Below, in pieces: positions 36,680 through 46,934 of a DNA stretch of 64,000 nt (the stretch's first letter is position 1; every line of letters starts with the position of its first letter). Location of the stretch: IMG/VR virus record IMGVR_UViG_3300037313_000833; one strand, 5' to 3'. Under the pieces are notes generated by a model. The model saw only the letters and a program-made list of their open reading frames with translations, was not told the origin of the DNA and ran no database searches. The translations under genes and the position numbers were made by a program. Origin of the DNA: a virus.

Positions 36680-38629
36680 ATGTATCGAGCGATCCCCGCG
36701 AAATGGTTATGGGAAGGCGAGACCGACCCACAACTCATTAAAGAAAAGCGGCGGAGCCGGAGCGGAGAGTTCACGGACGAAGAGCTTCGTGAGCTGAACG
36801 CTGCTGGCTATAACATTTATTATTTACCGAACCATCCTTCAAAGCCTGTCTATGGACGCCCAACAAACGGACGTGACGTGGACGTGTGGAACTATGTCTT
36901 TGCGGACATGGACCTGAAGGATAAGAAGTGGGAAAGCAAAGAAGCTTTCCTCGAAGTCGTGCGCCTGTTCCCATTGAAGCCGTCAGCGATCGTTGATTCC
37001 GGTCGCGGGATTCATGTGTATTGGAGAGTCACTGACCTCGACGCCATGAGCTTCTTGCGCTTACAGCGCCGGATCTCGGTGCAATTCAATACGGACCCAG
37101 CCGTCGCGAACATGCATCAACTGATGCGTGTACCCGGCACCGTGAACGTTAAAGATCCAAACCCAGACAACTGGGTTCTTTGTGAAGTCATTCAGTCTTC
37201 AGATAAAGAGTACGACGCCCAGACGATGGACGCTCACCTCCCGCGCATCACGCCCGAGGACGAAGCCCATTGCAAGCGTCACTACGAGAAGACCATGAAC
37301 GACCCTGGTCAGCTTGCGCCGCAAGAAGCCTTAGAGCTTTCGAACAAGGCAAAGCTGATGTGGGGTAAGATGCTCAAGGACAATGCTGAAGTCAAGAAGC
37401 TCATCAACTATGAAGAGGTGAAGGACCGAAGCACCGCGGACTGGCGCCTTGCTCACTTGCTTCTTGCCAGCGGCTTTAAGCGTAACGATGCTCGCGCTAT
37501 CCTGATGACGACGGGGAAAGCGATTGAGCGCGCACCGATCCATCAATTCAATTACGCTGAGAATATTGTCGACAAGCTTTGGGAAGAAAAGCCTGTAAAG
37601 AAAATCGAAGCAGGCGATGCGCTTGATGAAGCAGATGTCGCCGATGAGGACGATGACTTCGAGGATCTGTCTAGCACCGTGGAAGACATCCTGATCAAGT
37701 CAGCTGAAGCACCACGCAACACGCGCATCCGTTGCCATGAGGCGATCGACGCCACGGTCCACGGATACAGGCTCGGCGAAGTCTTGGGCCTAGTCGGAGG
37801 CGCAGGCTCCGGTAAGACTACGTTCTCGCTCAATATGTTCCACTGGTTCTTTGAGCGCAACCCTGAGTACATCCACATCTTTGTCACGCTCGAACAGCCC
37901 GAGGATGAAATCGCTGAGCGCTGGCGCCAGATGGCTGGAAGTAACTCCAAGCTTTATAAGCAAGTCCGCATCATTGGGAACTACGACAAGGACGGGATGT
38001 TCCGCAACCTATCGCTCCAGCGTATCGAGAAGCACGTCAAAGCGTTGGAGAAGAAGACCGGACAGAAGGTCGGATGCGTTGTCATCGACCACATCGCCAT
38101 CTTGAACTATGAGCGCGAGACGAAAGAGATGAAGGACAAGCTGTCTGGACTCTGCGAACAAATGAAACAGTTTGCGGTAAGGACTAACACCTTCCTGATC
38201 ATGCAGTCTCAAACCTCCCGTCAGAAGGCTGGCGTCGGTGACGTTGAGCTGGATAAGGACGCGGCATATGGGACTGGGTACTTCGAGTTCTATGCTGACT
38301 ATGTAGTCACGACGTGGCAACCGCTCAAGCGTTTGTACGGCGACGATAAGTTCAAAGAGTCAGATAATCCGCTGTACGTGAACTGCTGGAAGTATTGCAA
38401 GATCCGCCACAAGAAAGCGAACAAAGACAAGGTCCAAGAGGATCAGGTGTACGCGTTCCGATTCGACATCGATACGGATCGCTTGCGCCCACTTCATGAG
38501 GACGAATACTCCGCGTTTGAGTTCCAAGCGAAGAAAGCAACCCAGCTTCGAAATAAAGATAAGAAGCTTAATCCTGCACCGCTCAAGGTCATCTCTTGGG
38601 CGACTCCAGTTGAGGAGCCGAAGAAATGA
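36680..38629 (+). CDS. bifunctional primase-polymerase (AEP-type) / DnaB-like helicase
   Basis: DMDLKD and DSGRGIHVYW (prim-pol), GGAGSGKTT Walker A, VVIDHIA Walker B. A TTG one codon upstream (36677) is also possible. Confidence 0.85.
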   Translation: MYRAIPAKWLWEGETDPQLIKEKRRSRSGEFTDEELRELNAAGYNIYYLPNHPSKPVYGRPTNGRDVDVWNYVFADMDLKDKKWESKEAFLEVVRLFPLKPSAIVDSGRGIHVYWRVTDLDAMSFLRLQRRISVQFNTDPAVANMHQLMRVPGTVNVKDPNPDNWVLCEVIQSSDKEYDAQTMDAHLPRITPEDEAHCKRHYEKTMNDPGQLAPQEALELSNKAKLMWGKMLKDNAEVKKLINYEEVKDRSTADWRLAHLLLASGFKRNDARAILMTTGKAIERAPIHQFNYAENIVDKLWEEKPVKKIEAGDALDEADVADEDDDFEDLSSTVEDILIKSAEAPRNTRIRCHEAIDATVHGYRLGEVLGLVGGAGSGKTTFSLNMFHWFFERNPEYIHIFVTLEQPEDEIAERWRQMAGSNSKLYKQVRIIGNYDKDGMFRNLSLQRIEKHVKALEKKTGQKVGCVVIDHIAILNYERETKEMKDKLSGLCEQMKQFAVRTNTFLIMQSQTSRQKAGVGDVELDKDAAYGTGYFEFYADYVVTTWQPLKRLYGDDKFKESDNPLYVNCWKYCKIRHKKANKDKVQEDQVYAFRFDIDTDRLRPLHEDEYSAFEFQAKKATQLRNKDKKLNPAPLKVISWATPVEEPKK

Positions 38630-40743
38630 AAAAGAAGAAGGTGCAAGAGATTGTTGAGAAGCTGTATGTGCTCAGGACTTGCGAGGAGATCGACGCGGTC
38701 ATTGAGTACCTCGACAGCTTTGAGTTCGCGGCTTACGATACAGAAACCACGGGTCTTGAGCAGGACGCTGAGATCATTGGATTCTCTATCGCATGTGAAG
38801 TTGACTGCGGCTTTTACATCCTGACTTCTGAATGGGATAAAGAGAAACAGCAGCTCATCCGTTATGCAACCGGAGAGTATCTCGAGAAGGTGAAGGAGCT
38901 GCTCCGTAAGCTCACGACGAAGAAGCTTGTCATGCACAACGCGACAGTCGACGTGAACTGGACGCGTAGGAACTTCGGCATTGATCTCATGCCAGCGCTC
39001 CACACTGACACCATGATCCTTGCTCACTTGCTCGACGAAGAGTCGCTGGTCGGCTTGAAAGAGCTTGGATACCGGATCTTCGGTGAGGGCGCAAAGAAAG
39101 AGCAAGAGGAGATGATGGCGTCAGTTCTCGCGAACGGCGGCATCTGGGAGAAGAAGCGCGGCGGGAATAAAGAGATGTACAAGGCCGACGCCGAGATCAT
39201 CGGGCGTTACGGCGCGAAGGATACCATCCTCACGCTCAAACTCTTTTATCACTTCATCCCACAGCTCTTTGAGCAAGGGCTCGACAAGTTCTTTTATGAC
39301 GATGAGTCCATGCCTTTGTTCCGCGGTCCTACCTATGATCTCAATACCACGGGCCTTAAGATCGATATGGAGAAGCTCAAGAAGCTTGAGCAGGATCTCG
39401 AGCTTGAGTGTGTGACCTTGCGCGCTGAGATCATGGAGATCATCACGCCATGGATCAAGGACAAGTATCCAGGCACGAAGAAGAACAACACGTTCAACCT
39501 GAACGCTGGACAACAACTCTCATGGCTTCTCTTCATCAAGCTCAACAACGACTGGAAGAAGCTCACGAAGAAAGGCCGTGAGTTTGCGAAGGAGCACATG
39601 GGGAAAGTCCCATACAATCCTTCGGGTAAGCGCGAGTTCATGCGCATCTGTAATGAGCTTGGAGTCCCACCGCAGAAGTACATTCAGTGCGACAAGAATG
39701 CGCTGATGAACTATGCCGTTAAATATAAATGGGTTGAGAAGCTTCTTCAGCTCAAGGCCGCAGATAAGCTGCTCGGCACCTACGCCCGCGGGATGCAACG
39801 CTTCATTCGTTACGGCGTGATCTATCCAAGCTTCCGTCAGACTGGAACCACTGGAGGCCGTTACTCAAGCTCGAATCCTAACTTCCAAAACCTTCCACGT
39901 AAGGACAAGCGCATCAAGTCATGCGTGATCTCGCGCCCAGGCAAGTCCTTCGTCGGTGCCGACTATGAGCAGCTCGAGCCGCGGGTGTTCGCATCTCAGT
40001 CTCAAGACCCGGAGCTGATGGGATGTTTCGCGAAGAAGGAAGACTTTTACTCCGTCATCGGGATGCCCGTGTTCCGTAAGTACGACTGTCACAAAAAGAA
40101 GGGCGATGACCCGAAGTTCTTCGGTAACAAGTATCCAGTCCTTCGTGACATCTCGAAAGGCGTTGCGCTGTCGGCGACGTATGGAACCACGGCGTTCAAG
40201 ATGGCTGACCTTCTTCGTGATGATGAAGGAAAGAACCTGAGCCCTAAACAGACCCAGCAGATCATCGACGATTACTTCAAGTCATTCCCAATGGTTAAAA
40301 AGCTTCAGCTTGAAAGCCATGTGATGGCGATGAAAGACGGCGTCGTTTACAACCTCTTCGGTCGTCCTCGCCGTATTCCAGCGGCGAAAAAGATCCCAAA
40401 GATGTTCCCCGGTGCTGAGCACCATGAGCTTCCATACGTGTGGCGCTCATTGCTTAACCTATCGATTAACCATCGGATTCAATCCACGGCGGCATCCATT
40501 ATGAATCGTGCAGCTATCGCATTCTATGAGAAGTGTCGGGCTCTTGAGGCCGAAGACTCAGCATGGGCTGAAGTCAAGATCGTAATGCAGATCCACGACG
40601 AACTCATCGTCGAAGCACCGGATCATCTTGCTGAACAGGTGCGGGTAGTGCTTAAGGACGCAATGGAAAATACTGTGACGCTTCCAGGCGTTGCGCTTGT
40701 TGCGGAACCAAAGATCGCAAAATGTTTGGCTGACTTGAAATAA
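38626..40743 (+). CDS. family A DNA polymerase with 3'-5' exonuclease domain
   Basis: DTETTGL, HNATVD, YGAKDT (exo I-III); DYEQLEPRV, RDISKGVALSATYG, QIHDELIVE (pol A-C). Confidence 0.9.
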   Translation: MKKKKVQEIVEKLYVLRTCEEIDAVIEYLDSFEFAAYDTETTGLEQDAEIIGFSIACEVDCGFYILTSEWDKEKQQLIRYATGEYLEKVKELLRKLTTKKLVMHNATVDVNWTRRNFGIDLMPALHTDTMILAHLLDEESLVGLKELGYRIFGEGAKKEQEEMMASVLANGGIWEKKRGGNKEMYKADAEIIGRYGAKDTILTLKLFYHFIPQLFEQGLDKFFYDDESMPLFRGPTYDLNTTGLKIDMEKLKKLEQDLELECVTLRAEIMEIITPWIKDKYPGTKKNNTFNLNAGQQLSWLLFIKLNNDWKKLTKKGREFAKEHMGKVPYNPSGKREFMRICNELGVPPQKYIQCDKNALMNYAVKYKWVEKLLQLKAADKLLGTYARGMQRFIRYGVIYPSFRQTGTTGGRYSSSNPNFQNLPRKDKRIKSCVISRPGKSFVGADYEQLEPRVFASQSQDPELMGCFAKKEDFYSVIGMPVFRKYDCHKKKGDDPKFFGNKYPVLRDISKGVALSATYGTTAFKMADLLRDDEGKNLSPKQTQQIIDDYFKSFPMVKKLQLESHVMAMKDGVVYNLFGRPRRIPAAKKIPKMFPGAEHHELPYVWRSLLNLSINHRIQSTAASIMNRAAIAFYEKCRALEAEDSAWAEVKIVMQIHDELIVEAPDHLAEQVRVVLKDAMENTVTLPGVALVAEPKIAKCLADLK

Positions 40744-40746
40744 TTC

Positions 40747-40775
40747 TTGCCGACACATGTGCGGTAAGACATACT
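40747..40775 (+). promoter_or_regulatory. TTGCCG-N17-CATACT promoter-like site containing GCGGTAAG
   Basis: The downstream CATACTGACAAAGCAGGAG leader is nearly identical to 50412-50431. Confidence 0.5.
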
Positions 40776-40792
40776 GACAAAGCAGGAGGAGA

Positions 40793-42694
40793 GTGGACGT
40801 GAACGATTGGAGCAACCTAGCTAAAGTAGTGTACAAGCGGACGTATGCGAGAGATGACAAGGGGACTGGAAAAGAAAGCTGGAGAGAGACGATCGATAGA
40901 GTTATCGCAGGGAACTTTAGAATCGCGCGTGAGCGCGCAGGAACTTCAGGAGCACGATTAGATCTTGACGTTGAGGCTGAGACCCTCCGCATGATCATGA
41001 TCGATCGCAAGGGCGGTCCAGCTGGACGCGGCCTATGGTTCAGCGGAGCCCCAGCGCATGAGCGCATCGGCGGGATCGCTTTGAACAACTGCTGGTTCCT
41101 GACCGCGGATCATTGGAATAATTTCGTGATCGGTATGGATCTCCTCATGTTAGGCGGAGGAGTGGGACTCAGCGTGGAGCATCGCTTTGTCTCGAAGTTA
41201 CCGAGAGTTAAGAAGGATGTACAGATTGTCAACAAAAATACCAAAGACGCCGACTTCATCGTCCCGGACTCGCGCGAGGGATGGTGCGAACTCATGCGAC
41301 GAGTGTTGGAAGCATTCTTCGTTACGGGTCGCGGGTTCTCGTATTCGACGGTCTGCGTCCGTGGTTATGGAGAGAGGATTGAGGGATTCGGGGGTACAGC
41401 GAGCGGCCCTATGCCTCTTATCGCTTTTGTCGAAAATCTTATTAAGATTCTCTCGGCGAGAGCAGGACGCACCGTAAGACCAGTCGACGCGATGGACATC
41501 ATCTGCGCAACGGGTGAGATGGTCGTCGCAGGCAACGTCAGACGTTCAGCGATCATCATCCTCGGCGATGCACACGACAAAGAGTACCTGAAGGCAAAGC
41601 GCTGGGATCTAGGCCCGGTGCCGACCTATCGCTCATGTGCGAACCTGTCCATCGTGGCTGATGATCCTGAGAATGATCTGACCCCACTCTTCTGGAAAAC
41701 CTATGAGCAGGGTGAGCCCTTCGGGATTGTAAACCGTGCGAACATCCAGACTTATGGACGCATGGGCGAGATGATGGAAGACTCAGCCGTCGGTGTGAAT
41801 CCATGTGCGGAAGCAACGCTCGAACCGTTTGAGCCTTGCAACCTTCAGGAGATCCCACTCGGCAACCTCTCGACACCTCAAGAGTTCATGAACATCGCAC
41901 GTCTTCTCCATCGTTATGGAAAGCGTGTGACCCTTGAGCACTACCATCACCCTGAGATCATGGATGTGATCGAGCGCAACCGTCGCATCGGCACCGGGAT
42001 CACGGGCTGTCTTCAGTCCCCGCTCTTCAAGCCTGAAGTGTTGGACGATGTGTATCGTGAGATCCAAAGAGAGAACCATGAATACTCTAAGTTTCTCGGG
42101 ATCGCACCATCCATTCGCACCACAGTTGTTAAGCCATCGGGAACGATGTCAAAGCTTCTTGACCAGCGTTGCGAAGGGATTCATCCAGCCTACTCACGCC
42201 ACATGATTCAGCGTGTGCGCTTTGCTTCGAACGATCCACTCATTCCAGTCTTGCGAGCCGCGGGACACCACATGGAACCAGTTGTGAAGTTCGATGGCAC
42301 GATGGACACTGGAACGCTGGTCGTGGACTTTTATCTGGAAGCTCCAGAAGGAGTCCCATGCGCTGATGAGGGCTTTGATACTTGGAAGCAGCTTGACGCC
42401 TTACTCCTTGCGCAAAAGCATTGGGCGGATCAGGCGGTAAGCGTTACCGTCTATTACAAGCGCGAAGAGCTGTCACAAATAAAGGCATGGATTTGTGACA
42501 ACCTCAAGTACCTCAAGACGATCAGCTTCCTATGTCACAGCGATCATGGATTCAAACAAGCCCCTAAAGAGGCGATCGATAGGGAAACGTTTGAGAAGCT
42601 CAGCTCCAAGATCAAGCCGATCGATGTGGATCAGATCCAAGGCGACGCAATTGTCGCCGCTGAATGTGAAGGCGGAGTATGCCCGATCAGGTGA
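40793..42694 (+). CDS. nrdJ: class II (adenosylcobalamin-dependent) ribonucleotide reductase
   Basis: NPCAEATLEPFEPCNLQEI active-site loop and C-terminal CEGGVCPI cysteine pair. Single large subunit, with no NrdB-like gene nearby. Confidence 0.8.
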   Translation: MDVNDWSNLAKVVYKRTYARDDKGTGKESWRETIDRVIAGNFRIARERAGTSGARLDLDVEAETLRMIMIDRKGGPAGRGLWFSGAPAHERIGGIALNNCWFLTADHWNNFVIGMDLLMLGGGVGLSVEHRFVSKLPRVKKDVQIVNKNTKDADFIVPDSREGWCELMRRVLEAFFVTGRGFSYSTVCVRGYGERIEGFGGTASGPMPLIAFVENLIKILSARAGRTVRPVDAMDIICATGEMVVAGNVRRSAIIILGDAHDKEYLKAKRWDLGPVPTYRSCANLSIVADDPENDLTPLFWKTYEQGEPFGIVNRANIQTYGRMGEMMEDSAVGVNPCAEATLEPFEPCNLQEIPLGNLSTPQEFMNIARLLHRYGKRVTLEHYHHPEIMDVIERNRRIGTGITGCLQSPLFKPEVLDDVYREIQRENHEYSKFLGIAPSIRTTVVKPSGTMSKLLDQRCEGIHPAYSRHMIQRVRFASNDPLIPVLRAAGHHMEPVVKFDGTMDTGTLVVDFYLEAPEGVPCADEGFDTWKQLDALLLAQKHWADQAVSVTVYYKREELSQIKAWICDNLKYLKTISFLCHSDHGFKQAPKEAIDRETFEKLSSKIKPIDVDQIQGDAIVAAECEGGVCPIR

Positions 42695-42701
42695 GGTGAA
42701 C

Positions 42702-42908
42702 ATGTGTAAAGACGGATTCAAAGCTCAGATCATCTGGAACGTCCTCAATCGCAACGGCGTCAAGATCGGAACCGTAACCGGGAACGATGAGACGAAGCTG
42801 AAGAAAGAGGCATCGGTGATCCTAAAAGTTCCCGAGGACTACATCACCCTTGTTGACTCGGGCGCCCGCAAAGAACGATGCGGGGGTTGTGGAAATAAAG
42901 CAACGTGA
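42702..42908 (+). CDS. hypothetical small protein
   Basis: AGGTGAGGTGA before the ATG; C-terminal CGGCG. Confidence 0.6.
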   Translation: MCKDGFKAQIIWNVLNRNGVKIGTVTGNDETKLKKEASVILKVPEDYITLVDSGARKERCGGCGNKAT

Positions 42909-42916
42909 GGACACGG

Positions 42917-43162
42917 ATGAAAGACGGAAAAGTTGTTGTTCTGAGTGATGGAGTGATCGGGACCGTCATCGGCAAGATAAGCGAGGACGGAGCTGAGAAG
43001 CTTCAAGTTGTAACGAACAAGGGATACATCCGTTATGTGTCCCCGTCCGAAGTGTACGAATGGCAAGAAGGTATTGAATCGAAGGAGGAAAACGATGTCG
43101 GAAGTAAATCTCAAGGTGAAGCTGCTCCATCCAAACGCAAAGGCTCCGGCTCGCGCGCATGA
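42917..43162 (+). CDS. hypothetical small protein
   Basis: GAGGA lies 5 nt upstream. The 3' end overlaps the dut start by 68 nt. Confidence 0.45.
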   Translation: MKDGKVVVLSDGVIGTVIGKISEDGAEKLQVVTNKGYIRYVSPSEVYEWQEGIESKEENDVGSKSQGEAAPSKRKGSGSRA

Positions 43163-43532
43163 TGACGATGCATGCTTTGACATCACATGCGTCGATAAAA
43201 ATTACGACAACGCCCAAGAAGGTTACTGGTATCGTCTAGGGTTTGCCGCGGAGATCCCACCGGGACACGTTGGGCTCCTGTTCCCACGCTCATCCGTATG
43301 TAAGCGGGGCTTAGGCCTTGCGAACTGCGTGGGCGTCATCGATCCAGGATACCGCGGGGAGTGGATGGCGTTCTTCCGTCCAACGACCCTCAACCCTGAG
43401 CCGTATCAAGTGGGTGAGCGAATCCTTCAACTTTTAATCTTGCCTACCCCGTCGGTAAGCATTACCATCGTCGATGAGCTGTCAGATACGACACGGGGTC
43501 AAGGCGGCTTCGGAAGCTCAGGCCGGACATGA
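43095..43532 (+). CDS. dut: dUTP diphosphatase
   Basis: GVIDPGYRGEW and RGQGGFGSSG motifs; GGAGG before ATG 43095. Confidence 0.9.
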   Translation: MSEVNLKVKLLHPNAKAPARAHDDDACFDITCVDKNYDNAQEGYWYRLGFAAEIPPGHVGLLFPRSSVCKRGLGLANCVGVIDPGYRGEWMAFFRPTTLNPEPYQVGERILQLLILPTPSVSITIVDELSDTTRGQGGFGSSGRT

Positions 43533-43858
43533 GAGAGATCGACGCAACGGGCGGAGTTCTAACCGTCGAGACCCTTGAGAGAGTGAGGAAAGTTATGGAA
43601 GAAAATAACAGAAGTGTTGGACCCTCGATGTCCGAAGTGAAAGAAGCTGAAGAGCAGTCCAAACAAAAAGTCGTGGAACAGCCACGTCAGCCCGGTGAAG
43701 CTCCAAAGCCCACCGAGTATCAGAAGCGTTTGATCGCTCAATGGCATGAGACCGGACACTCCGGCCCAGCGCCGTTCGCGTCAGACGGTAAGGAACTCTT
43801 CTGGCTCAATCGTCAACAACGTCGCGCGCGTGCGGCGATTGCGAGGAAGCGGAAGTGA
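43529..43858 (+). CDS. hypothetical protein
   Basis: ATGA coupling. Confidence 0.6.
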   Translation: MREIDATGGVLTVETLERVRKVMEENNRSVGPSMSEVKEAEEQSKQKVVEQPRQPGEAPKPTEYQKRLIAQWHETGHSGPAPFASDGKELFWLNRQQRRARAAIARKRK

Positions 43859-44355
43859 TCACAAACAAGAACCCCATCGTTCTGAAAATAGCCGCATGTT
43901 ATCATGCGGATCAGAACTTTTGGAAGCAGTTGTGGGAAGTCTTACCGACAGACACGGAGCTTGCGGACGTTCATACGGATCACAGCCCGCCGAACTATGT
44001 GGACCGGATTTTCCAGTTCAAGTTCATGTCGGATAGATTCCCACCTGTTCCAGCATGGGTTTCGGTTCCCGAGATGATCCCGGTCATGTCTGCGGTTCCA
44101 GGTCGGCCCTCAAAGCTTACGGGGATGATGGTGGATGGAGTTGAGCCCCTTTGGTTCAAGGAGCGCCTGATGGAACGGGATAAGGCCGAGAAGCCTGAAC
44201 CTATCCGGATGCCAGCTGCAACGTACATGGAAGCCATCAGAGATCAGATCGCACGTGGCGTTCAGATCCCGAAAGGCGCTTTAGGAAACTGCATCTGCGA
44301 CATGGAGTACACGGGTCTGAAGACTCACCGAAAGGATTGTCCATGCCATCCCTAG
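43855..44355 (+). CDS. hypothetical protein
   Basis: GTGA coupling. Confidence 0.6.
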   Translation: MITNKNPIVLKIAACYHADQNFWKQLWEVLPTDTELADVHTDHSPPNYVDRIFQFKFMSDRFPPVPAWVSVPEMIPVMSAVPGRPSKLTGMMVDGVEPLWFKERLMERDKAEKPEPIRMPAATYMEAIRDQIARGVQIPKGALGNCICDMEYTGLKTHRKDCPCHP

Positions 44356-44738
44356 TTTTCCATCCAGCCGGTGAGCAACAAGCTGACGCATTCCGTCGGT
44401 TATTCAAAGGCTATTCAGAGTACCAGCAGAAGCAATACCCAATCCCTGAGAATGCAAACAAGGATTATGGGGAGTGGGTTCATCAGAAGCCGACTGTGCT
44501 CTCACCGCTGAGTTACAAACAACCCGAGGAAGAATACGCAAAGAATCGGAACATCGTGTTCACCCGAATCCGCGTGTGTCTCGATGGGTACGAAGAAGAC
44601 CCAAGATTCCCACGCAATTGGAATACGATCAGAGAGAAGTTTTACATCTGGCATAACGCCGAAGTCTGGAGGGCGTTCCAAGATCAGTTACAGCTCCAGA
44701 TAATATTAGCTGACGAGTTCAATAAAGAACTCAAGTGA
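44343..44738 (+). CDS. hypothetical protein
   Basis: AAAGGA before ATG 44343. Confidence 0.6.
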   Translation: MPSLVFHPAGEQQADAFRRLFKGYSEYQQKQYPIPENANKDYGEWVHQKPTVLSPLSYKQPEEEYAKNRNIVFTRIRVCLDGYEEDPRFPRNWNTIREKFYIWHNAEVWRAFQDQLQLQIILADEFNKELK

Positions 44739-44749
44739 AGGAGATCCTA

Positions 44750-45235
44750 ATGTCAAAAGAAAATAAACACCCAAACGACATCCTGAATGAATACGTGTCC
44801 GAGAAAGTCCTGAAAGCAATTCCTGAATACGTGAAGGAAGAAATGGACACGATGGGTGAGGAAGAACTCCGTCAAGTGATTGTCCAGGCCCACGGTGCTA
44901 TGAAGCAGGTGGAAGAAGAACTCGCTGCAAACGAGAAGTATCAGCAGGCAAAGCAAGCCGTGTCAGATCTCTCGCAAGGAAAGCGCGAGACGAATAAATA
45001 CCAGAAGGCAAAGATCGCGTACAGCCTTGGAAGACTCGAGCAGATTGGAAAGCTCGATCTGAATCAGAAGTATGACCTAGCCCTTGCGCTCCGTGAAGCA
45101 AGAGCAAAGCTTGAGCAAAAGCGCGCAAAGTCAAAGGACATTGTGGAGGTTGCTGAGACTGGGAAGGTCACGGTGACTCATGCTCCAGAAGGGTCTGAAA
45201 GCGATGATACCTCAAGCGAGGAAGAAAATAGCTAA
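44750..45235 (+). CDS. hypothetical coiled-coil acidic protein
   Basis: GGAG before ATG 44750. Confidence 0.65.
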   Translation: MSKENKHPNDILNEYVSEKVLKAIPEYVKEEMDTMGEEELRQVIVQAHGAMKQVEEELAANEKYQQAKQAVSDLSQGKRETNKYQKAKIAYSLGRLEQIGKLDLNQKYDLALALREARAKLEQKRAKSKDIVEVAETGKVTVTHAPEGSESDDTSSEEENS

Positions 45236-45265
45236 GTCATTGAAATCATAGAGGGGAAGTATTAC

Positions 45266-45517
45266 ATGACAAAATCGATCAGCTTGTTGTTCACTATAGG
45301 TCTAATAACATTAGGCTTTTTGAGCGTGGTAAGTCTAACCGCATGTACGGAAGGGCCCTGCATGGAGACAGACAAGGTCGCAGAAGTAGGTCAATGTGCA
45401 TACAGTAAGCTGTGGGACGTTGGCGACTCCGACTGTGTGGCGCTTACTGAGCGCGGGTACAAGGTCCACTCGAACAACCCCTACGTGAAGGGCGAACTCG
45501 TTTGTATCCGGAGATGA
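45266..45517 (+). CDS. small lipoprotein
   Basis: Signal peptide with lipobox SLTAC. Confidence 0.65.
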   Translation: MTKSISLLFTIGLITLGFLSVVSLTACTEGPCMETDKVAEVGQCAYSKLWDVGDSDCVALTERGYKVHSNNPYVKGELVCIRR

Positions 45518-45771
45518 CCATGAAACAAAAACGATTTAGCATTGAATACTCCCTGCTATGGACCGCGGCGATGTGCGGTTTGATTTACCTCACCGTGTCG
45601 GCCTTGACAGGGTGCAGTCAACCCGAGGTAGTATGTGAAGAGCGGGATTTTATTGACGGCGCAAGGGGTGCTGTTCCTGTATGCCGTAAGTGGGGCCCTA
45701 ATCCCTACTATCGGCCTAGTTCAAGACCGTCCCAAGGGCCCAGCGCTTCGGCAAAGGGCTTGCAACCCTGA
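45514..45771 (+). CDS. small lipoprotein
   Basis: ATGA coupling; signal peptide with lipobox ALTGC. Confidence 0.6.
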   Translation: MTMKQKRFSIEYSLLWTAAMCGLIYLTVSALTGCSQPEVVCEERDFIDGARGAVPVCRKWGPNPYYRPSSRPSQGPSASAKGLQP

Positions 45772-45790
45772 TGACGCAAGGAGACGCGAC

Positions 45791-46147
45791 ATGAGCGATA
45801 ACGGAAAGAAGAGAGACCTCGAGCAGAACGAAAGACAGGTGATGGAGCTGATCAACACCTGGAATCGTCTATGCGATGAGGGGAAGCAAGTGGGAACGCT
45901 TACCATGACGGAAGAAGGGGCTGAGACCCTCATGCGGCACGGCATAGCGCAACCGTACAAAGTCGAGTCCATGAACAATGGACGGATCAGGATGTTCTTC
46001 ACCCTAGTCGAGATGGAGAAGTATCTGTACTTCGCTGCAAAGCAAGTGGGCTTCACCCTGCTTCTGAACGGCGGAGTCAGGACCGGAGACGGCCTCTTTG
46101 TCGAACCGACCCCGGTGAACCTAAGCCCTAATCAGGTGTTCTCATGA
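45791..46147 (+). CDS. hypothetical protein
   Basis: AAGGAG before ATG 45791. Confidence 0.65.
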   Translation: MSDNGKKRDLEQNERQVMELINTWNRLCDEGKQVGTLTMTEEGAETLMRHGIAQPYKVESMNNGRIRMFFTLVEMEKYLYFAAKQVGFTLLLNGGVRTGDGLFVEPTPVNLSPNQVFS

Positions 46148-46569
46148 TCGAGTGTATTAAGACCCGTGGCACCGGAAGAACCATTAGGATCGCTTTATCG
46201 GCGATCCTTGAGGCTTGCAGCAATACGGACAAGGGTGCAGTAGTCTCAGACCATTCGGATCATCCTGGAGCGATTAGGCACCTCCAGGACGTGATCCATA
46301 GGGTTGCCTATGTCCTGGACATCCCGCTCTTCATTACCCGGTCTGTGACCCTAGAGGGACATCCGAAGCTGTGCGTGAGCCTGAACATGATGGAAGTCCA
46401 GAAGCGGCGGGAGTACATTGAGCGGATGCATCCCTGTCACCCTAGCTGTCACTGCGCGTTTCCTTCAATCCTCGAGGCCCATGAAATACGTCGAGAGTTT
46501 AAAGTTGAGTATGTCGGGCCCAAGCGTAAATCCAAAACCAAGAAGAAAAGAAAGGCAAAGAAGAAATGA
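46144..46569 (+). CDS. hypothetical protein
   Basis: ATGA coupling; lysine-rich tail. Confidence 0.6.
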   Translation: MIECIKTRGTGRTIRIALSAILEACSNTDKGAVVSDHSDHPGAIRHLQDVIHRVAYVLDIPLFITRSVTLEGHPKLCVSLNMMEVQKRREYIERMHPCHPSCHCAFPSILEAHEIRREFKVEYVGPKRKSKTKKKRKAKKK

Positions 46570-46832
46570 GAGTCACCTGTCAAGAAGTTATTATCAAGTT
46601 CCGCTCGAGCGTCGGCGGTCACAATAATCAGCGGATCACTTTGGGTGACGGCGGAACCTCAACACAGCGGATCGCGGTAACGGATACCGGCGAACGTCTC
46701 ATGCTCGCCTTTATGGATAAAGACAACCAAGTTCGCAAAGTCATTGCGTTTCCTATGGACGTTGTCCAGGAATACAGCCTTGACCGATGCGATACGGTTC
46801 CAGCTCCTAAGCCATTCCAAGGCGACATATGA
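46566..46832 (+). CDS. hypothetical protein
   Basis: ATGA coupling. Confidence 0.6.
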   Translation: MRVTCQEVIIKFRSSVGGHNNQRITLGDGGTSTQRIAVTDTGERLMLAFMDKDNQVRKVIAFPMDVVQEYSLDRCDTVPAPKPFQGDI

Positions 46833-46934
46833 TGGGTGAACCGCATCAAGGGGACGATGCGGTTGCGCTTATTGCTATTGCGTTCTATATTTTGATGCTG
46901 TACGATCTAGTCAGGTATTACCGAAGGAGGATTC

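Noticed and set aside
20377-39105. Long antisense ORFs: 20377-20901, 20544-21011, 21232-21975, 32088-32711, 36073-36774 and 38494-39105
   Set aside because: Each lies opposite a gene with clear catalytic motifs or strong SD and coupling signals. They lack SDs and have skewed, low-complexity composition. They are typical shadow ORFs.
40744-40792. Cobalamin riboswitch in front of the B12-dependent RNR
   Set aside because: The intergenic space is only about 50 nt and lacks a B12 box. It is occupied by a promoter and leader instead.
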